Shown here in pieces: positions 1 to 10,684 of a DNA stretch of 64,000 nucleotides. The notes below the pieces were generated by a model that had not been told where the DNA came from, ran no database searches, and was given only the letters and a program-made list of their open reading frames with translations. Positions within the stretch are counted from its first letter, which is position 1, and each line of letters opens with the position of its first letter. The position numbers and the translations under genes were made by a program. The stretch covers positions 4,960,001 through 5,024,000 of the forward strand of contig OZ242214.1 of NCBI GenBank assembly GCA_965206595.1, read 5' to 3'. The DNA comes from Candidatus Latescibacterota bacterium (lineage in GTDB: Bacteria > Latescibacterota > UBA2968 > UBA8231).

Positions 1-973
1 CGATCGCCTCGTCGAACCTCCCCAGGGACTGCAGAAGATTGCCAACGTAATTGTGACCGTCAGGATCTGGCTTTAACTCCAGTGCCGTGCGGAACTGTAG
101 GATGGCTTCTTCTAGGCGGCCCGTGGCTTGGTAAACCAACCCTCTCTCGCGGTACCAATAAGCGCTGATTCCCTTTCCTGTTAACTCGTCATGGACCGGA
201 TCGGTCAGCCGGACGACTTCAGGTAGGTTCTGAGCAATACCCAGATGTCGAGCCGCCGCCCCAGGCTGCCCTAGGCGCCGCAGTACTTCGGCCAGAACGC
301 GGTGGGCGTCCGCATACCGGGACTCGATTTCCAAAGCTGTCAGCAAGTATTCACGGCTGGCCTCCAGTTCGGACCTGGAAAGCATGATCTTGGCCAGACC
401 GAGGTGCGCGTGAGAAGATCTCTCGTCGAGTTCGGCAGCTTTCTCAAACGTGAGAAGTGCTTTGTCGAGATCCCCAGCGTCGTAAAGAGCGCGCGCGTAG
501 TTCACGTACGCAGGACTGTAATCAGGCTTGAGCGCAATGGCTCGCACGAACTCACCGAAGGCTTCTTTTGAGCCGGCCTCGTTGAGAATAATGGCAAGGT
601 AGTAAGGCCAGCGAAACTCCTTGGCGTCCAGCGTCGCAGCTTGGCGGTAACACGGAATGGCTCCCTGTTTAAAATCGTGGACGTCCAGGGTCATACCGAG
701 CTCTCCCCAGGCTTGTGAAGAGCGCGGATTGGCCTCGACATTGACGAGAAGTTCATGAATCCTGGCGGCTACTTGTTGCTCCACGGCGGCCAGGTCGAGT
801 TCCGGCAAAACGTCGCTCGGTGCCGGCGGGGAGCAATTCAGAAAGGCCGATAGAGGGGCGACCAACCAAAAGGCAGCCAACCGAACAGCCGTGTCCCGAG
901 GGGTCCGGATTCTACGTGAGCGCTTGAGCGTCTCCGTTTCCCCGATGGTCGGTTTGCTCGTGGAAATAGTCAA
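1..973 (-). CDS. Tetratricopeptide-repeat protein, probable lipoprotein (partial, runs off window start)
   Basis: Not in the ORF track; translated by hand from TTG at 973: ...LSAFLNC... then TPR-like units (SQAWGELGMTL, PAYVNYARALYDAGDLDKA, AHLGLAKI, DGHNYVGNLLQSLGRFDEAI). Starts 4 nt after the CRTAC1 stop. Confidence 0.8.
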   Translation of the reverse strand, partial: MTISTSKPTIGETETLKRSRRIRTPRDTAVRLAAFWLVAPLSAFLNCSPPAPSDVLPELDLAAVEQQVAARIHELLVNVEANPRSSQAWGELGMTLDVHDFKQGAIPCYRQAATLDAKEFRWPYYLAIILNEAGSKEAFGEFVRAIALKPDYSPAYVNYARALYDAGDLDKALLTFEKAAELDERSSHAHLGLAKIMLSRSELEASREYLLTALEIESRYADAHRVLAEVLRRLGQPGAAARHLGIAQNLPEVVRLTDPVHDELTGKGISAYWYRERGLVYQATGRLEEAILQFRTALELKPDPDGHNYVGNLLQSLGRFDEAI

Positions 974-977
974 ATGC

Positions 978-2723
978 CTATTTATCTCCCAGTGGGGATT
1001 GACCCTTCCTGAGCGCAACAAACTTGTCCGCCTGGACGCCTGGAAAAGTCTCCGTCGCGCCACCCGGCCACTCAACCTGAATTTCGTCTACCTGGTTGGC
1101 CGCACCCAATCCGAAATGCGCTCTTGTGTCATTGCTTGAGAGAAAACTGTAGCCGGGGGCAATCAGGCGACTGATTCGGCGGGCGCCGAGAACGACGATA
1201 ACCCGAGCGCCCAGTGCGTCACGGTTCAGTTCGGGATCGACAGCGCGGACGCTGAGCCACCTCCCGGCAGGCCGTGAGTCGTTGCGAAAAAGTCGCGCAC
1301 GACCCCCTCCGTTAGCAACCAGCAGATCGATGTCGCCGTCGTTGTCGATGTCTCCGAACGCCAGGCCGCGACTGTTTTCGACCGAACGACAAAAATCTGC
1401 CGTTTGTTCGCCGACCGATTGGAAGCGGCCGGAACCGTCGTTCACAAACAGAAAATTCGGTTCGGCATAGTGATCCCAGTAACTTGACGTTCCCTTACCG
1501 GTCAAGAGCGGCCCGCGGGTTACCCGGCCGTTTGCAACCGCAAGGTCGAGATCACCGTCGTGGTCAAAGTCAAAGAACCCGGCCCCGAATCCTGTGTAGG
1601 GCAGGCTTGCGGCTCCTAATCCGGAAGGGGAAGAGTCGTCCTGAAAGCCGAAATCGCCGACGTAGCGGTACAGAGTGTTGCTTTCCTTGCGCAGGTGGGC
1701 CACAAAAAGATCGAGGTTCTCGTCGTTGTCGACATCGCCAACCGCAACGCCCATGCCTGCTTCGGCACGTCCCACTTCATTCAGTGCCGCCCCCAGCAAA
1801 ATGCCGTGATCCTGAAACGTGCCGTTCCCTTGGTTCAACCAAAGATTGTTGGCTTCTCCGTCGTTGGCCACGTAGAGATCCGGATGCTGATCATTGTTGA
1901 AATCTCCGCTGACCACGCCCAACCCTTTCGAAGCGACGGCAGTGATCCCAGACTCACCGGAAACATCCGTGAACGTGCCGTCGCCATTATTGTGGAAGAG
2001 CAAGTCAGGAACTCCTGGAAAACTTTCCGGGCCACAGTAGTCCTGGCGGCCGGAGCGGTCTGGGCACACACTGGCAGGATCCCATGCCAGGTAGTTGGTC
2101 ACGAAGATGTCGAGGTGGTTGTCCAGATTGTAATCAAGAAAGAGCACGGAGCAGCCCCAATCGGGATTGCTGATTCCGGCTTGCTCGGAGATCTTCGTGA
2201 ACGTTCCGCCTCCGTTGTTTTGGTACAACTGGTCTCTGCCGTAGTTGGAAAGGTAAATGTCGAGGTCGCCGTCATTGTCCAGGTCGCCGGCCGCGACGCC
2301 CATGCCGTAGCCAGCGTCGCCGAGTCCCGCCTCGCCGGTCACGTCCTCAAAAGCTTTCTCGTCTTCCTGACGGTAAAGACGATTCCTGGGAGAAACCGTG
2401 CTACCACCTTTTGTGCCGTGATGGGCGCCGTTCACCAGGTAGATGTCCAGGTCGCCGTCGTTGTCATAGTCGAGCAGGGCGCCACCGGGTCCGACGATCT
2501 CCGGCATAAAGTAGCTGCCGTGGACTCCGGGCTCATGTTGAAAATCTAACCCCACCTCATTGGTGACGTCCGTGAACCTCACCTGTTTTCGAGAATCGAT
2601 TTGGCTCTCGTTTTGTTCTTCGAGGGCGTCACATTCCAGTGTTACGAGAAGGTTTGCAATTGGAAGAAAGAACCCCATGAGACTCGAGAAAATGGAATGA
2701 GTTGAAGAGGGTGAAGTGTTCAC
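978..2723 (-). CDS. CRTAC1-family protein (FG-GAP/VCBS repeats + C-terminal ASPIC/UnbV domain)
   Basis: Repeated DxDNDGDLD(I/L)Y motifs, GMGVAxGD, C-terminal ALGARV...HFGLG...EWPGG. Confidence 0.9.
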   Translation of the reverse strand: MNTSPSSTHSIFSSLMGFFLPIANLLVTLECDALEEQNESQIDSRKQVRFTDVTNEVGLDFQHEPGVHGSYFMPEIVGPGGALLDYDNDGDLDIYLVNGAHHGTKGGSTVSPRNRLYRQEDEKAFEDVTGEAGLGDAGYGMGVAAGDLDNDGDLDIYLSNYGRDQLYQNNGGGTFTKISEQAGISNPDWGCSVLFLDYNLDNHLDIFVTNYLAWDPASVCPDRSGRQDYCGPESFPGVPDLLFHNNGDGTFTDVSGESGITAVASKGLGVVSGDFNNDQHPDLYVANDGEANNLWLNQGNGTFQDHGILLGAALNEVGRAEAGMGVAVGDVDNDENLDLFVAHLRKESNTLYRYVGDFGFQDDSSPSGLGAASLPYTGFGAGFFDFDHDGDLDLAVANGRVTRGPLLTGKGTSSYWDHYAEPNFLFVNDGSGRFQSVGEQTADFCRSVENSRGLAFGDIDNDGDIDLLVANGGGRARLFRNDSRPAGRWLSVRAVDPELNRDALGARVIVVLGARRISRLIAPGYSFLSSNDTRAHFGLGAANQVDEIQVEWPGGATETFPGVQADKFVALRKGQSPLGDK

Positions 2724-2781
2724 ACTTCCTCACCTCGGAGAAGAGCCTGATCGCCTCATCCGTGTTCCTGAGGCGCGACTC

Positions 2782-3870
2782 CTAGTGTTGTGTCGCAGAG
2801 ATTCGTTCGCAAAGTCTCTTGATTTTCGCGAGGATGGAATCGGCCGTAGCCGTCCACACGAAAGGGTGTGCGTTGGCGTTCCATTTGGCCGTGTAGCGTT
2901 CGATGCGCTCGATGAGCTCGGATACCTTACGGAACGAGTCCCGGCGAACCGCCTGGCGGGTAAGGATATTGAACCAGATCTCCACCTGATTGAGCCACGA
3001 AGCATAGGTGGGGGTGTAGTGAACGTGAAATCGGGGACGCCGTGCCAGCCATCGCTTGACCTTGGCCTGCTTATGCGTGGCGTAGTTGTCGACGACGAGA
3101 TGAATATCGAGGTCAGCGGGGACGTGGGCCTCGATGTGGCGCAGGAACTGAAGGAACTCCTGGTGACGATGACGGGGCTTGCACTGGGTCATCACTTCCC
3201 CGGTGGCTACGTCCAAGGCGGCAAACAGGGTGGTGGTGCCATGGCGCTTGTAATCGTGCGTAATCCCTTCCACGTATCCCAGTCCCAGGGGCAGCATGGG
3301 CTGACTTCGTTCCAACGCCTGGATCCGGCTCTTCTCGTCGACGCACAGCACCAGGGCGTGCTCGGGGGGATTCAGGTACAAGCCGACGATATCCCGTACT
3401 TTGTCGACAAAGAAAGGATCGGTGGAAAGCGTGAAGTGCTTGTGTCGATGGGGCTGCAAACCATACGTGCGCCAAATGCGATGAACCGCGTCCTTGGTCA
3501 AGCCGGTTTCTTCGCCCATGGAGCGCACCGACCACTGTGTTTCGTCTTTGGGCTTGGTCTTCAGGGTCTTGTATACCACCTCGGCTACCTGTTCATCCGT
3601 ACTCGATCGTGGCGCCCCTGAGCGCAGCTCATCATGCAAGCCCTGGAGCCCGTTTTCGAGAAAGCGCCGGCGCCACTTGCCGACCGTAGCACGCGTCACA
3701 CCCACGGCGGCGGCGACGGCTTCATTGGGCCAGCCTTCTGCGGCCAGCAGAATAATCTCGGCTCGCCGCACCAACCCGTGGGAAAGGCTCCGGGATTTGG
3801 CCATCGATTCCAATCGTTCCCGGTCCGACGGACTCAGCTCTAACGGCGGTAATGGACGCCCCGTCACCAT
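2782..3870 (-). CDS. IS630-family transposase
   Basis: N-terminal HTH; motifs [43 protein letters not shown]. Confidence 0.95.
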   Translation of the reverse strand: MVTGRPLPPLELSPSDRERLESMAKSRSLSHGLVRRAEIILLAAEGWPNEAVAAAVGVTRATVGKWRRRFLENGLQGLHDELRSGAPRSSTDEQVAEVVYKTLKTKPKDETQWSVRSMGEETGLTKDAVHRIWRTYGLQPHRHKHFTLSTDPFFVDKVRDIVGLYLNPPEHALVLCVDEKSRIQALERSQPMLPLGLGYVEGITHDYKRHGTTTLFAALDVATGEVMTQCKPRHRHQEFLQFLRHIEAHVPADLDIHLVVDNYATHKQAKVKRWLARRPRFHVHYTPTYASWLNQVEIWFNILTRQAVRRDSFRKVSELIERIERYTAKWNANAHPFVWTATADSILAKIKRLCERISATQH

Positions 3871-3953
3871 AGGTCTCTCCTTTCAGAAAGGGGATAAGAG
3901 AAACCTACGGCACCTTCAATTGTTTGTACAGTTAATTATACGACAGGACACTA
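2783..3953 (-). mobile_element. IS630-family insertion sequence, apparently intact
   Basis: Imperfect terminal IRs TAGTGTTGTGTCG (2783) and rc TAGTGTCCTGTCG (3953), duplicated TA; the empty site reconstructs to CTAG. Confidence 0.9.
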
Positions 3954-4166
3954 GTTTGATGTAAACCTTTCGCTGTCATGGGTCGTGCTCTGCCGCGGAT
4001 AGGTTGGGATCTGCGCGCCGTCACGCGAAAATACGTGTTCGTTCTGTGTGGAGCTACCGGCGCCGCAGTGAAGAGGTCGCACCCCGTCCTTAGGTTTTAC
4101 CTCAGCGGCATGGAGAACGGTAATTCTGGAATCCGGGCCTTATTCATTTAAAGAATGGATGTTGAA

Positions 4167-4334
4167 ATGAATCATTCAACAACATTATGGTATGACACGC
4201 CGGGGACGGGATTTTACCAGGGACTGCCCCTTGGGAACGGGCGGCTGGGGATGACGGTGCTGGGGGGGATCCGTGATGAACGAATCGTGCTGAACAGAGG
4301 ATCACTCTGGCCAGGGGAGATTGTGTGGAGATGA
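4167..4334 (+). pseudogene. Truncated N-terminus of a GH95 (alpha-L-fucosidase-like) glycoside hydrolase
   Basis: Hand translation MNHSTTLWYDTPGTGFYQGLPLGNGRLGMTVLGGIRDERIVLNRGSLWPGEIVWR* matches the GH95 N-terminal pattern LWY..P.....LP.GNGRLG..V.GG...E.I.LN...LW.G but stops after 55 aa. Confidence 0.8.
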
Positions 4335-4420
4335 ATGACAGGACGGGACGCGGAGATGAACCTTTCAGATCATGACCAGCAGCCATTTCTTGCGGGATTG
4401 TTGTGGTGGGACACCGACCG

Positions 4421-7400
4421 CTAATACAGCACGTTCTGCGCATACCCCATGAACAGGCGCACGAAGATCTCCGTCGTGTCGAAGCTCTCGAGGAAGCGGA
4501 ATTCGTCTGCGTACTCCAGCCTGTCCTGCTTGACCCCCAGATTGGTGGAAATCCTGTACCCCGAGTAATCCGACATGTTGGAGAGGAAGACCATCGTCGT
4601 CCGCCGCTTGAAGCTGTTGCGCGGCTCGGCTATGTGGGTTTCCTCGAACCACCAGCCCGGGAGCCCCTGGAGACCCGCCTTCACCTCCGTCGCCGGAGAC
4701 AGCTCATAACGGGCCATGACGAGGGGGACGACCGTGTGGGTGTGGTCCAACGCCCGCTTTCCCAGCTGCCGGGTCCGCTTCAACCAGAGTCCTTTCAGGG
4801 CCGGCTGCAGCGTCAGATTCCCCCAGCGCCACGTGTAGTCGGCCTGCTGCACCCACGCCACGGAACGGATCCGGTTACGGGCTTGCTCCGAACCGTCCCC
4901 GAGCCGATCCCCATACTGCCGGTTGTGTTCCAGTTTCATCCGGGTGACGATCCGCCAGCCGGGAAGCCACCTCAGGGTGCCCGATAGGTACAGCCGGTTT
5001 ACCAGACTGTTGCGATAGTTCAACTGATCCAAGCTGAACGTCGGAAAATACGCGAATCGCCCCTCATCGGACCTGAGGAATCTCTGGTCTACTGTCGCGG
5101 CCGCCCCCGTCCAGCTGAACACGTCATCCGGAACATCGTCCCACACCCGCTTCAACTCATCCTCGACCAGCCATTCACCCACCCCGGGATGCTCCCCGCT
5201 ATACCTTAGCCGAATGTAGCGCTGGTCGTTGCGGCCGGCGCCGGCGATCTGATGGGACTTCAGCCAGCCCAGGGTTGCCACCATGCCCGTCCCTGGCTTC
5301 CAGCGGACATAAGCATGGCCCCCCCGCAGATCCCGGTCATAGGGAAGATCCTCCTTCTGGTCATCCTCTCGCTCATCCACGACATCGTTGTTGTTGAAAT
5401 CCAGACCGTACACGTATTCATCCGGATCCACCTCGTAGAGCAGGAAAGGTTCCAGATAGTCCGGCAGCCCGTTCAGGTTGCGGTTGGTATCCGGGATGCC
5501 ATCGTTGTCCGCATCCTGTCCGGGGAACACTGATAGATCACCGGGGGCCGCGCCCGGTATCATGCTCTCCGGATTGCTATCCTGATCATCATTGTCGTCG
5601 AGAAGAGAAAAGAAGCTCGTGTTGTTCTCCAGAGACCGCTCGCCTTGCACCTGGAGCACAAGGTCTCCTGGCCTCGCACTCAATCTCTGGTTGAACTTGG
5701 GCCCGATGGAAAACAGCTCTCCCCCGAAACCATAGCGCTCCGTCTCCCGCTCCAGCTGAACATACCCGGCTCGATCCCCACGGCGGTGGCGTGCGCCACT
5801 TGCCTCCCGAAGCACAGGCTTGCCTGCAGCCCAAACCACCTGTTCCCCAGGCGTCCCATCCCGGTAGCGGCTGTACGTGAAGCTCTTCGCAAACTCCCCG
5901 CGCACCCGTAGACCCACAAGGTCCAGCGCCATATTCACACCCCATACTGACTGCCCAGTCTCCGTCCCGAGCGGAATCCGTATCCGCTCGACATTGGACA
6001 AATCCTGCACATTCCCCTCGGCACGAAGCACCGTCTTATAGAACGGCGCGCTGTAGCGAGCATCATACGGGGTGCCTTCCCTCGGATTCGACACACTCAG
6101 GTCAGCGACTTCGATACGGTAATCATTGCCCACCGACGCCTCCACCTCCACCGATCGCACATGGGTCAGCCCCTCCAGATCGAAGTAATACACCAGGGCC
6201 TCGGTCCCATCCGCACGCTGAACCTGGCCCGGATCCTCCCACCCCACAAACTCAACCAGACGATCTACGTCCGTGTTGTTGGCCACATTCGGATCGTTCG
6301 GGTCCAGTGCATAATCCCGCCGATACAGGAAGTCGGCAAACAACGGGGTCTCCATCCCCCAATAGGGGCCCGGGGTGCGTGCTATGTCGGGTTCGTAGTA
6401 GAAGCTGGGTCTAAAACTCCCATCGATCGGGCTGGCCTTTCCAACTACCGTAAACCGATCCGTGAGATCCCTACGCACCACGTCCGGGACCAGATCCGGA
6501 CGGACTTCACCGTTGACCACCAGTTGCACTCCATACACCACGGGCCCCCGCCCATCGTCCGGCGAATCGTCCGAAATCCGTAACGCCAAGAGCGCCGGGA
6601 TCGGCTGAGTGGCATGCAGATCCCCCCTCAAGTCGGTCGTCGGATAGCGCACGTCGAACATGTGCTGGTTCGCAAACGTGGCGCCCGCCCGCAACGGCCC
6701 CATCTCGCGCTCATAGTGTCCTGCCAGGAGAATCCCCGAATCGCTGTCGGTACCCCTTGCCGCACCCCCTCCCTGATACATCGAATAAGTGTAGGCAGCT
6801 ACGAGGCTCAAGGCATCACCAAACGGGCTCAGCACATCCGCCCGGGCCCCCTGCAGCGACACGCGATTCACCGTCAGCGGCGTGAACCGAGTGATGATCC
6901 CTCTCGTCCACCAATGCTGTTGACTTATGCGCCCTGTGAAGATCAGATTAGCTGCCCATTCCGAGTGGCTCTGTCCTCCCATGGAAAAAATCCCGTTGAA
7001 GTCGTTGAGGGCAGATCTGAAAATACTGCTCCCACTCCGGATATCCCCCGCCGTGCCCCGCGCCGCCGACCAAGAGCTCAATTCCCGGCCGCTGATCAGA
7101 AAGTTACCCAGGGGATCGTAGATATTCGACCACGGCGGACGATCCGTCAGCGCGTCGTAGTTATGATACTCCGTGAACGCGTAGTTTCGATACGGCTCCC
7201 CCAGGTCCGCAAAAAACGTCTGATCCGGCACGATCGCAGGCACCATCGGGGTATCCTTCCATCGACGCTCCGCCTCCCATACCTCCCCCCCCTGCACATC
7301 CCCTTGCGACTGAGCGTCAAGCCATCTTCCCTCCCCCACCACAACCGTCATTAAAAAAAAATGAAGTGAAAATGACAGACGTCCCCCTCTGAAGCCAAAG

Positions 7401-7450
7401 CGGCTCCATCCCCCGCCTGGTCTTTTGCCTTTACGTGCGATGCAGGGCAT
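4421..7450 (-). CDS. Large (~1000 aa) exported protein, probable outer-membrane beta-barrel with acidic Ca-binding insert; paralog of 41652..44345
   Basis: Signal-like N-terminus (start uncertain, 7450 chosen; ORF open to 7510), amphipathic beta-strand-like C-terminal third ending in Tyr, DDNDDQD / DADNDGIPD / DFNNNDVVD motifs. Confidence 0.75.
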   Translation of the reverse strand: MPCIARKGKRPGGGWSRFGFRGGRLSFSLHFFLMTVVVGEGRWLDAQSQGDVQGGEVWEAERRWKDTPMVPAIVPDQTFFADLGEPYRNYAFTEYHNYDALTDRPPWSNIYDPLGNFLISGRELSSWSAARGTAGDIRSGSSIFRSALNDFNGIFSMGGQSHSEWAANLIFTGRISQQHWWTRGIITRFTPLTVNRVSLQGARADVLSPFGDALSLVAAYTYSMYQGGGAARGTDSDSGILLAGHYEREMGPLRAGATFANQHMFDVRYPTTDLRGDLHATQPIPALLALRISDDSPDDGRGPVVYGVQLVVNGEVRPDLVPDVVRRDLTDRFTVVGKASPIDGSFRPSFYYEPDIARTPGPYWGMETPLFADFLYRRDYALDPNDPNVANNTDVDRLVEFVGWEDPGQVQRADGTEALVYYFDLEGLTHVRSVEVEASVGNDYRIEVADLSVSNPREGTPYDARYSAPFYKTVLRAEGNVQDLSNVERIRIPLGTETGQSVWGVNMALDLVGLRVRGEFAKSFTYSRYRDGTPGEQVVWAAGKPVLREASGARHRRGDRAGYVQLERETERYGFGGELFSIGPKFNQRLSARPGDLVLQVQGERSLENNTSFFSLLDDNDDQDSNPESMIPGAAPGDLSVFPGQDADNDGIPDTNRNLNGLPDYLEPFLLYEVDPDEYVYGLDFNNNDVVDEREDDQKEDLPYDRDLRGGHAYVRWKPGTGMVATLGWLKSHQIAGAGRNDQRYIRLRYSGEHPGVGEWLVEDELKRVWDDVPDDVFSWTGAAATVDQRFLRSDEGRFAYFPTFSLDQLNYRNSLVNRLYLSGTLRWLPGWRIVTRMKLEHNRQYGDRLGDGSEQARNRIRSVAWVQQADYTWRWGNLTLQPALKGLWLKRTRQLGKRALDHTHTVVPLVMARYELSPATEVKAGLQGLPGWWFEETHIAEPRNSFKRRTTMVFLSNMSDYSGYRISTNLGVKQDRLEYADEFRFLESFDTTEIFVRLFMGYAQNVLY

Positions 7451-7531
7451 CGCTTCTGTCATTTCGTTGGGTTCGCAGTTCGTCCATAAAGGACTCACCA
7501 TCCCGGGCAACAGTACTAGCCTGCCTGGGTG

Positions 7532-7827
7532 CGCATAAGCATTCCAAGGTCAAGCGATGGCTGGCACGGCGTCCCCGATTTCGCCTTCACTACACCCCCA
7601 CGTATGCTTCGTGGCTCAACCAAGTCGAGATTTGGTTCAGCATCATTACCCGCCAGGCGGTTCGCCGGGACTCGTTCCGTAAGGTATCGGAGCTCATCGA
7701 GCGAATCGAACGCTACACGGCCAAATGGAACGCCAACGCACACCCTTTCGTCTGGACGGCTACGGCCGATTCCATCCTCGCGAAAATCAAGAGACTTTGT
7801 GAACGAATCTCTGCCGACACAACACTA
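7532..7827 (+). mobile_element. IS630 remnant (3' part of transposase plus right end), inverted relative to the copy at 2783..3953
   Basis: Near-identical to the intact copy ([12 protein letters not shown]...[13 protein letters not shown]); one extra C near 7814; ends GACACAACACTA. Confidence 0.9.
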
Positions 7828-9771
7828 ATAGGCCATACTCAATCCATTACCCATCATCCCGGTGAAATAGTCCACGATCAGCCAGAATCCCCCGGCCACG
7901 AACTGACCCAGGATCAACCCGTAGAAAAGAGGAGCGAGCGAACGATAGGCTTTGAGGCCACCATACTTCAAGAGAATCGACTTGGTCAGCCAAGCAAGAA
8001 AGATCGGAAACCAGGCCGTACCCATCACCCTATCCATACTGATCACAAATCCCAGAGGATGTAACGGCCACCACAGGAAACGGCGATGCAAAACCAGAAG
8101 ACTCGCCATCACCCCGCCGCCCAGCAGCCGGACAAGCCAACCCAACCAATTCGGTCCCGCATTCTCGTCGACCCTGCGTGCCACATACGCCCAGGTAAAG
8201 TCGGGCAGATAGCTCACGTAACCAGCTACGTTGATACCCCCCTCCCGATAGATTACCCACAACGACGTCCAGAACGTACTGACCGCAGAAATCCCAATAG
8301 CGATCGCAATCGCCAGCAACAACCATCGCTTCCGATACGCGATCTCCCCGCTCAACTTCAACCCCGTAGCCGTATGTGCCATCATCGTGCACGCCAGTGA
8401 TTCCGTCCATATCACCGTCGGCCCCAGCGCCGCGATCCCGGTAGGCCCTATGTAGCGCGCGCCAATCCCAGAGATCACGAAGTCGAGGGGGATATTGCGA
8501 GGAAACACCATAGGCAAGCCCGCCTCGGAGATGATGCGCGTCAGGCTGATGAAGGTCACCAGCACCCCGAACAGGAACAGCGGCCCTACCCACAGCGGCA
8601 ATCCGGCACGCCAGAGCCACACATTCATCCCGACCAGGCCGAGGATTACTCCCCACACAGCAGTGCGGTATGACATGATCTCGTCGTCATCGTTTACCGA
8701 CGTGTCCCCTCTGAACGCCTTCCGAAACACCTCCCGCAGATGCCCCCGGCCAATCCAAAGCCCGAAGAGCACCAGCGCGGTCATGGCACCTATGCTCTGA
8801 TGTGCCAGCAGCCCGCCGCCATAGCTAGACACAGGTTCCCCAATGCCAGCCCCCGTCAGGTGCAACGCACCCTCCTCCAGTTGCCGCAGCAGAGTGAATA
8901 CCCACATCCCGAGCATCACGTCCGGTTTGAGGAAGTACGCAAACCCCAGGATCATCAGATTCAGGTAGAAGGAGATGCCCACTGTTCCCCGCAACAGGGT
9001 GATGTCCCCAAAGTTCGACGGGATGACGGGAACCAAGGGGAAGTAATGGTTCAGGGCATTGAGGCTCTCTCGGCCGAACGCCAGCAGCAATCCCACCCAC
9101 ATCAGAGGCTTCTTGAAAAAGGGCGCCACCAGCGATCCGCCTGACGGGGCTTCCACCATGGCCAGAGGTACCTTGGTGATCGGATAGATCAGGTGTTCGT
9201 GCTCCACCCACTGGCGACGGAGAATCACCATCACGCAGATGCTCACCATCCACAACGCCACCATGAACAGCAACCACCAGAACAGCGGCGGCAACCACAT
9301 ACCCCAGGGGACAGACTCGCCTTCCGGCATCCCTTCGAAAAACCACTGGATCCCCATCTTATCGTGAGGGACCATCCAATCCGCGACGTAGGGATGAACC
9401 CGCTCCGCCCACTCGTTTTGCGGCGAAGCCAGGTAGAATACCCCGGCCGCGGACCCCAACAGCATCAAGCAGAACCCGTTGCGCTCGCCACCAGAGAAAG
9501 CCGTCGCCACGACCATCATGAGGTAGATGGTCAGCAACTCCCCCTTGCCCAGCACCAGCCGACCGTGAATGAGCCCCAACAGCACCTGGACAACACCCAC
9601 CCACAGGAAGAACAGAAAGAAGGCGGCCGGAGCGTTCAATGCGCTCATGTGGCTGCCCATGATGACAAACGCTCCGTAGGGTACTCCCACCCCGATCACC
9701 AGACTGAGTCCGGCTCCGATGACCAAGGAGCGCAGCGTCACCCCCGACGCCGGCCGCTTCTCTATTTCCAT
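7825..9771 (-). CDS. DUF6785/DUF6784-type polytopic membrane protein (putative transporter)
   Basis: Many TM helices; GVTLRSL, LRRQW...E.LIYP, EIMSYR, RFLWWPLHPLG motifs shared with 24158..26098. Start could be 9771 or 9822. Confidence 0.8.
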   Translation of the reverse strand: MEIEKRPASGVTLRSLVIGAGLSLVIGVGVPYGAFVIMGSHMSALNAPAAFFLFFLWVGVVQVLLGLIHGRLVLGKGELLTIYLMMVVATAFSGGERNGFCLMLLGSAAGVFYLASPQNEWAERVHPYVADWMVPHDKMGIQWFFEGMPEGESVPWGMWLPPLFWWLLFMVALWMVSICVMVILRRQWVEHEHLIYPITKVPLAMVEAPSGGSLVAPFFKKPLMWVGLLLAFGRESLNALNHYFPLVPVIPSNFGDITLLRGTVGISFYLNLMILGFAYFLKPDVMLGMWVFTLLRQLEEGALHLTGAGIGEPVSSYGGGLLAHQSIGAMTALVLFGLWIGRGHLREVFRKAFRGDTSVNDDDEIMSYRTAVWGVILGLVGMNVWLWRAGLPLWVGPLFLFGVLVTFISLTRIISEAGLPMVFPRNIPLDFVISGIGARYIGPTGIAALGPTVIWTESLACTMMAHTATGLKLSGEIAYRKRWLLLAIAIAIGISAVSTFWTSLWVIYREGGINVAGYVSYLPDFTWAYVARRVDENAGPNWLGWLVRLLGGGVMASLLVLHRRFLWWPLHPLGFVISMDRVMGTAWFPIFLAWLTKSILLKYGGLKAYRSLAPLFYGLILGQFVAGGFWLIVDYFTGMMGNGLSMAY

Positions 9772-9836
9772 CGACAAACCCAGTAGTCCCACTCTTGGGT
9801 GTCGCTCGGAAATTCTCGACAACCCACTCTATTCGT

Positions 9837-10238
9837 TGAAGTTACCCGGTTTGGTGAACATCCGGATACTTGGGTGAAAGGAGGATGTCCACATGCCGAA
9901 GTCCCGTTCCCCGTACCCGCCTTGAGTTTCCGCTGTCAGTATGGTGCAACCGATGGGGGAACGAACGCCTGAGGAGCCGGGCAAGGGTTTGAGCCCCCCG
10001 CCCAGGCGGTTCGCAACTGGGTGGCCCGGGCGGAACGCGACGAAGGTCTTCGCGAAGGCGGCCTCACGACCGCGGAGCAGGAAGAGCTGCGGCGCCTGCG
10101 GCGGGAGAAACAAGCAGTTGCGCATTGAGCGTGGGATCCTGTCAAAGGCAGCCACCTGGTTCGCTCAGGAAGCCGATTCCAAGCCGAGGTCTTCGAGTTT
10201 GTGAGCGATCACCAAGCCCTCTATCCGATCGCCACCAT
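9837..10238 (+). mobile_element. Degenerate IS3-family remnant (left end, frameshifted orfA, start of orfB)
   Basis: TG-initiated end TGAAGTTACCCGG at 9837; RBS and ATG at 9893 (MPKSRSPYPP); fragments AVRNWVARAERDEG, EELRRLRRE, ILSKAATWFAQE, then FEFVSDHQALYPI; several frameshifts. Confidence 0.8.
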
Positions 10239-10239
10239 T

Positions 10240-10610
10240 GGAGGGCGTAAGTCGCCGAAAGCGGGCGCATACGACGCGACGCGATCGTCACGGACGGGTG
10301 GCTCCGAACTTGGTGGATGTGCGGCCGATCCCTCTCGTTGCAGTATTGCCCCTCGAGAGATCCCGCTGTCCCACGCACGACCGGCGGATCGAGCAGACCC
10401 CCCTGGGCGTGCCGTCGGCGCGGGGGAGCTACCGCTTCGATTACCTCCTGCTCAGGTACTGCCAGCGGATGCCGCAGGTTATCGCCGCCCCCATGCTTGG
10501 CATCGCGGCGTCGGCATCCTGCACCGTATCACCGAGCGGGAACGACAGGGGCACCGGATCCGAGGTCTCAAGACGATCGGCATCGATGAGATTCCTACGC
10601 CAAGGACCAC
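10240..10610 (+). pseudogene. ISL3-family transposase fragment
   Basis: Frameshifted pieces RCPTH..RIEQTP, FDYLLLRYCQRMPQ, LHRITERERQGHRIRGLKTIGIDEI (GIDE motif typical of ISL3). Confidence 0.65.
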
Positions 10611-10684
10611 CAACCGCGCCCGGTGGAAACCCTTGGCACAAGACGTCTCTATGGCAAGCCGTTGAGAATTCCGGAGATAGCCTG

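Noticed and set aside
3935-3965. Hybrid promoter TTTACA...TATAAT across the IS630 end (minus strand)
   Set aside because: The 19-bp spacer is suboptimal; cannot be supported from sequence alone.
7435-8064. 209-aa plus-strand ORF
   Set aside because: Read-through of the IS630 remnant, caused by a 1-bp insertion, into the antisense strand of the DUF6785 gene.
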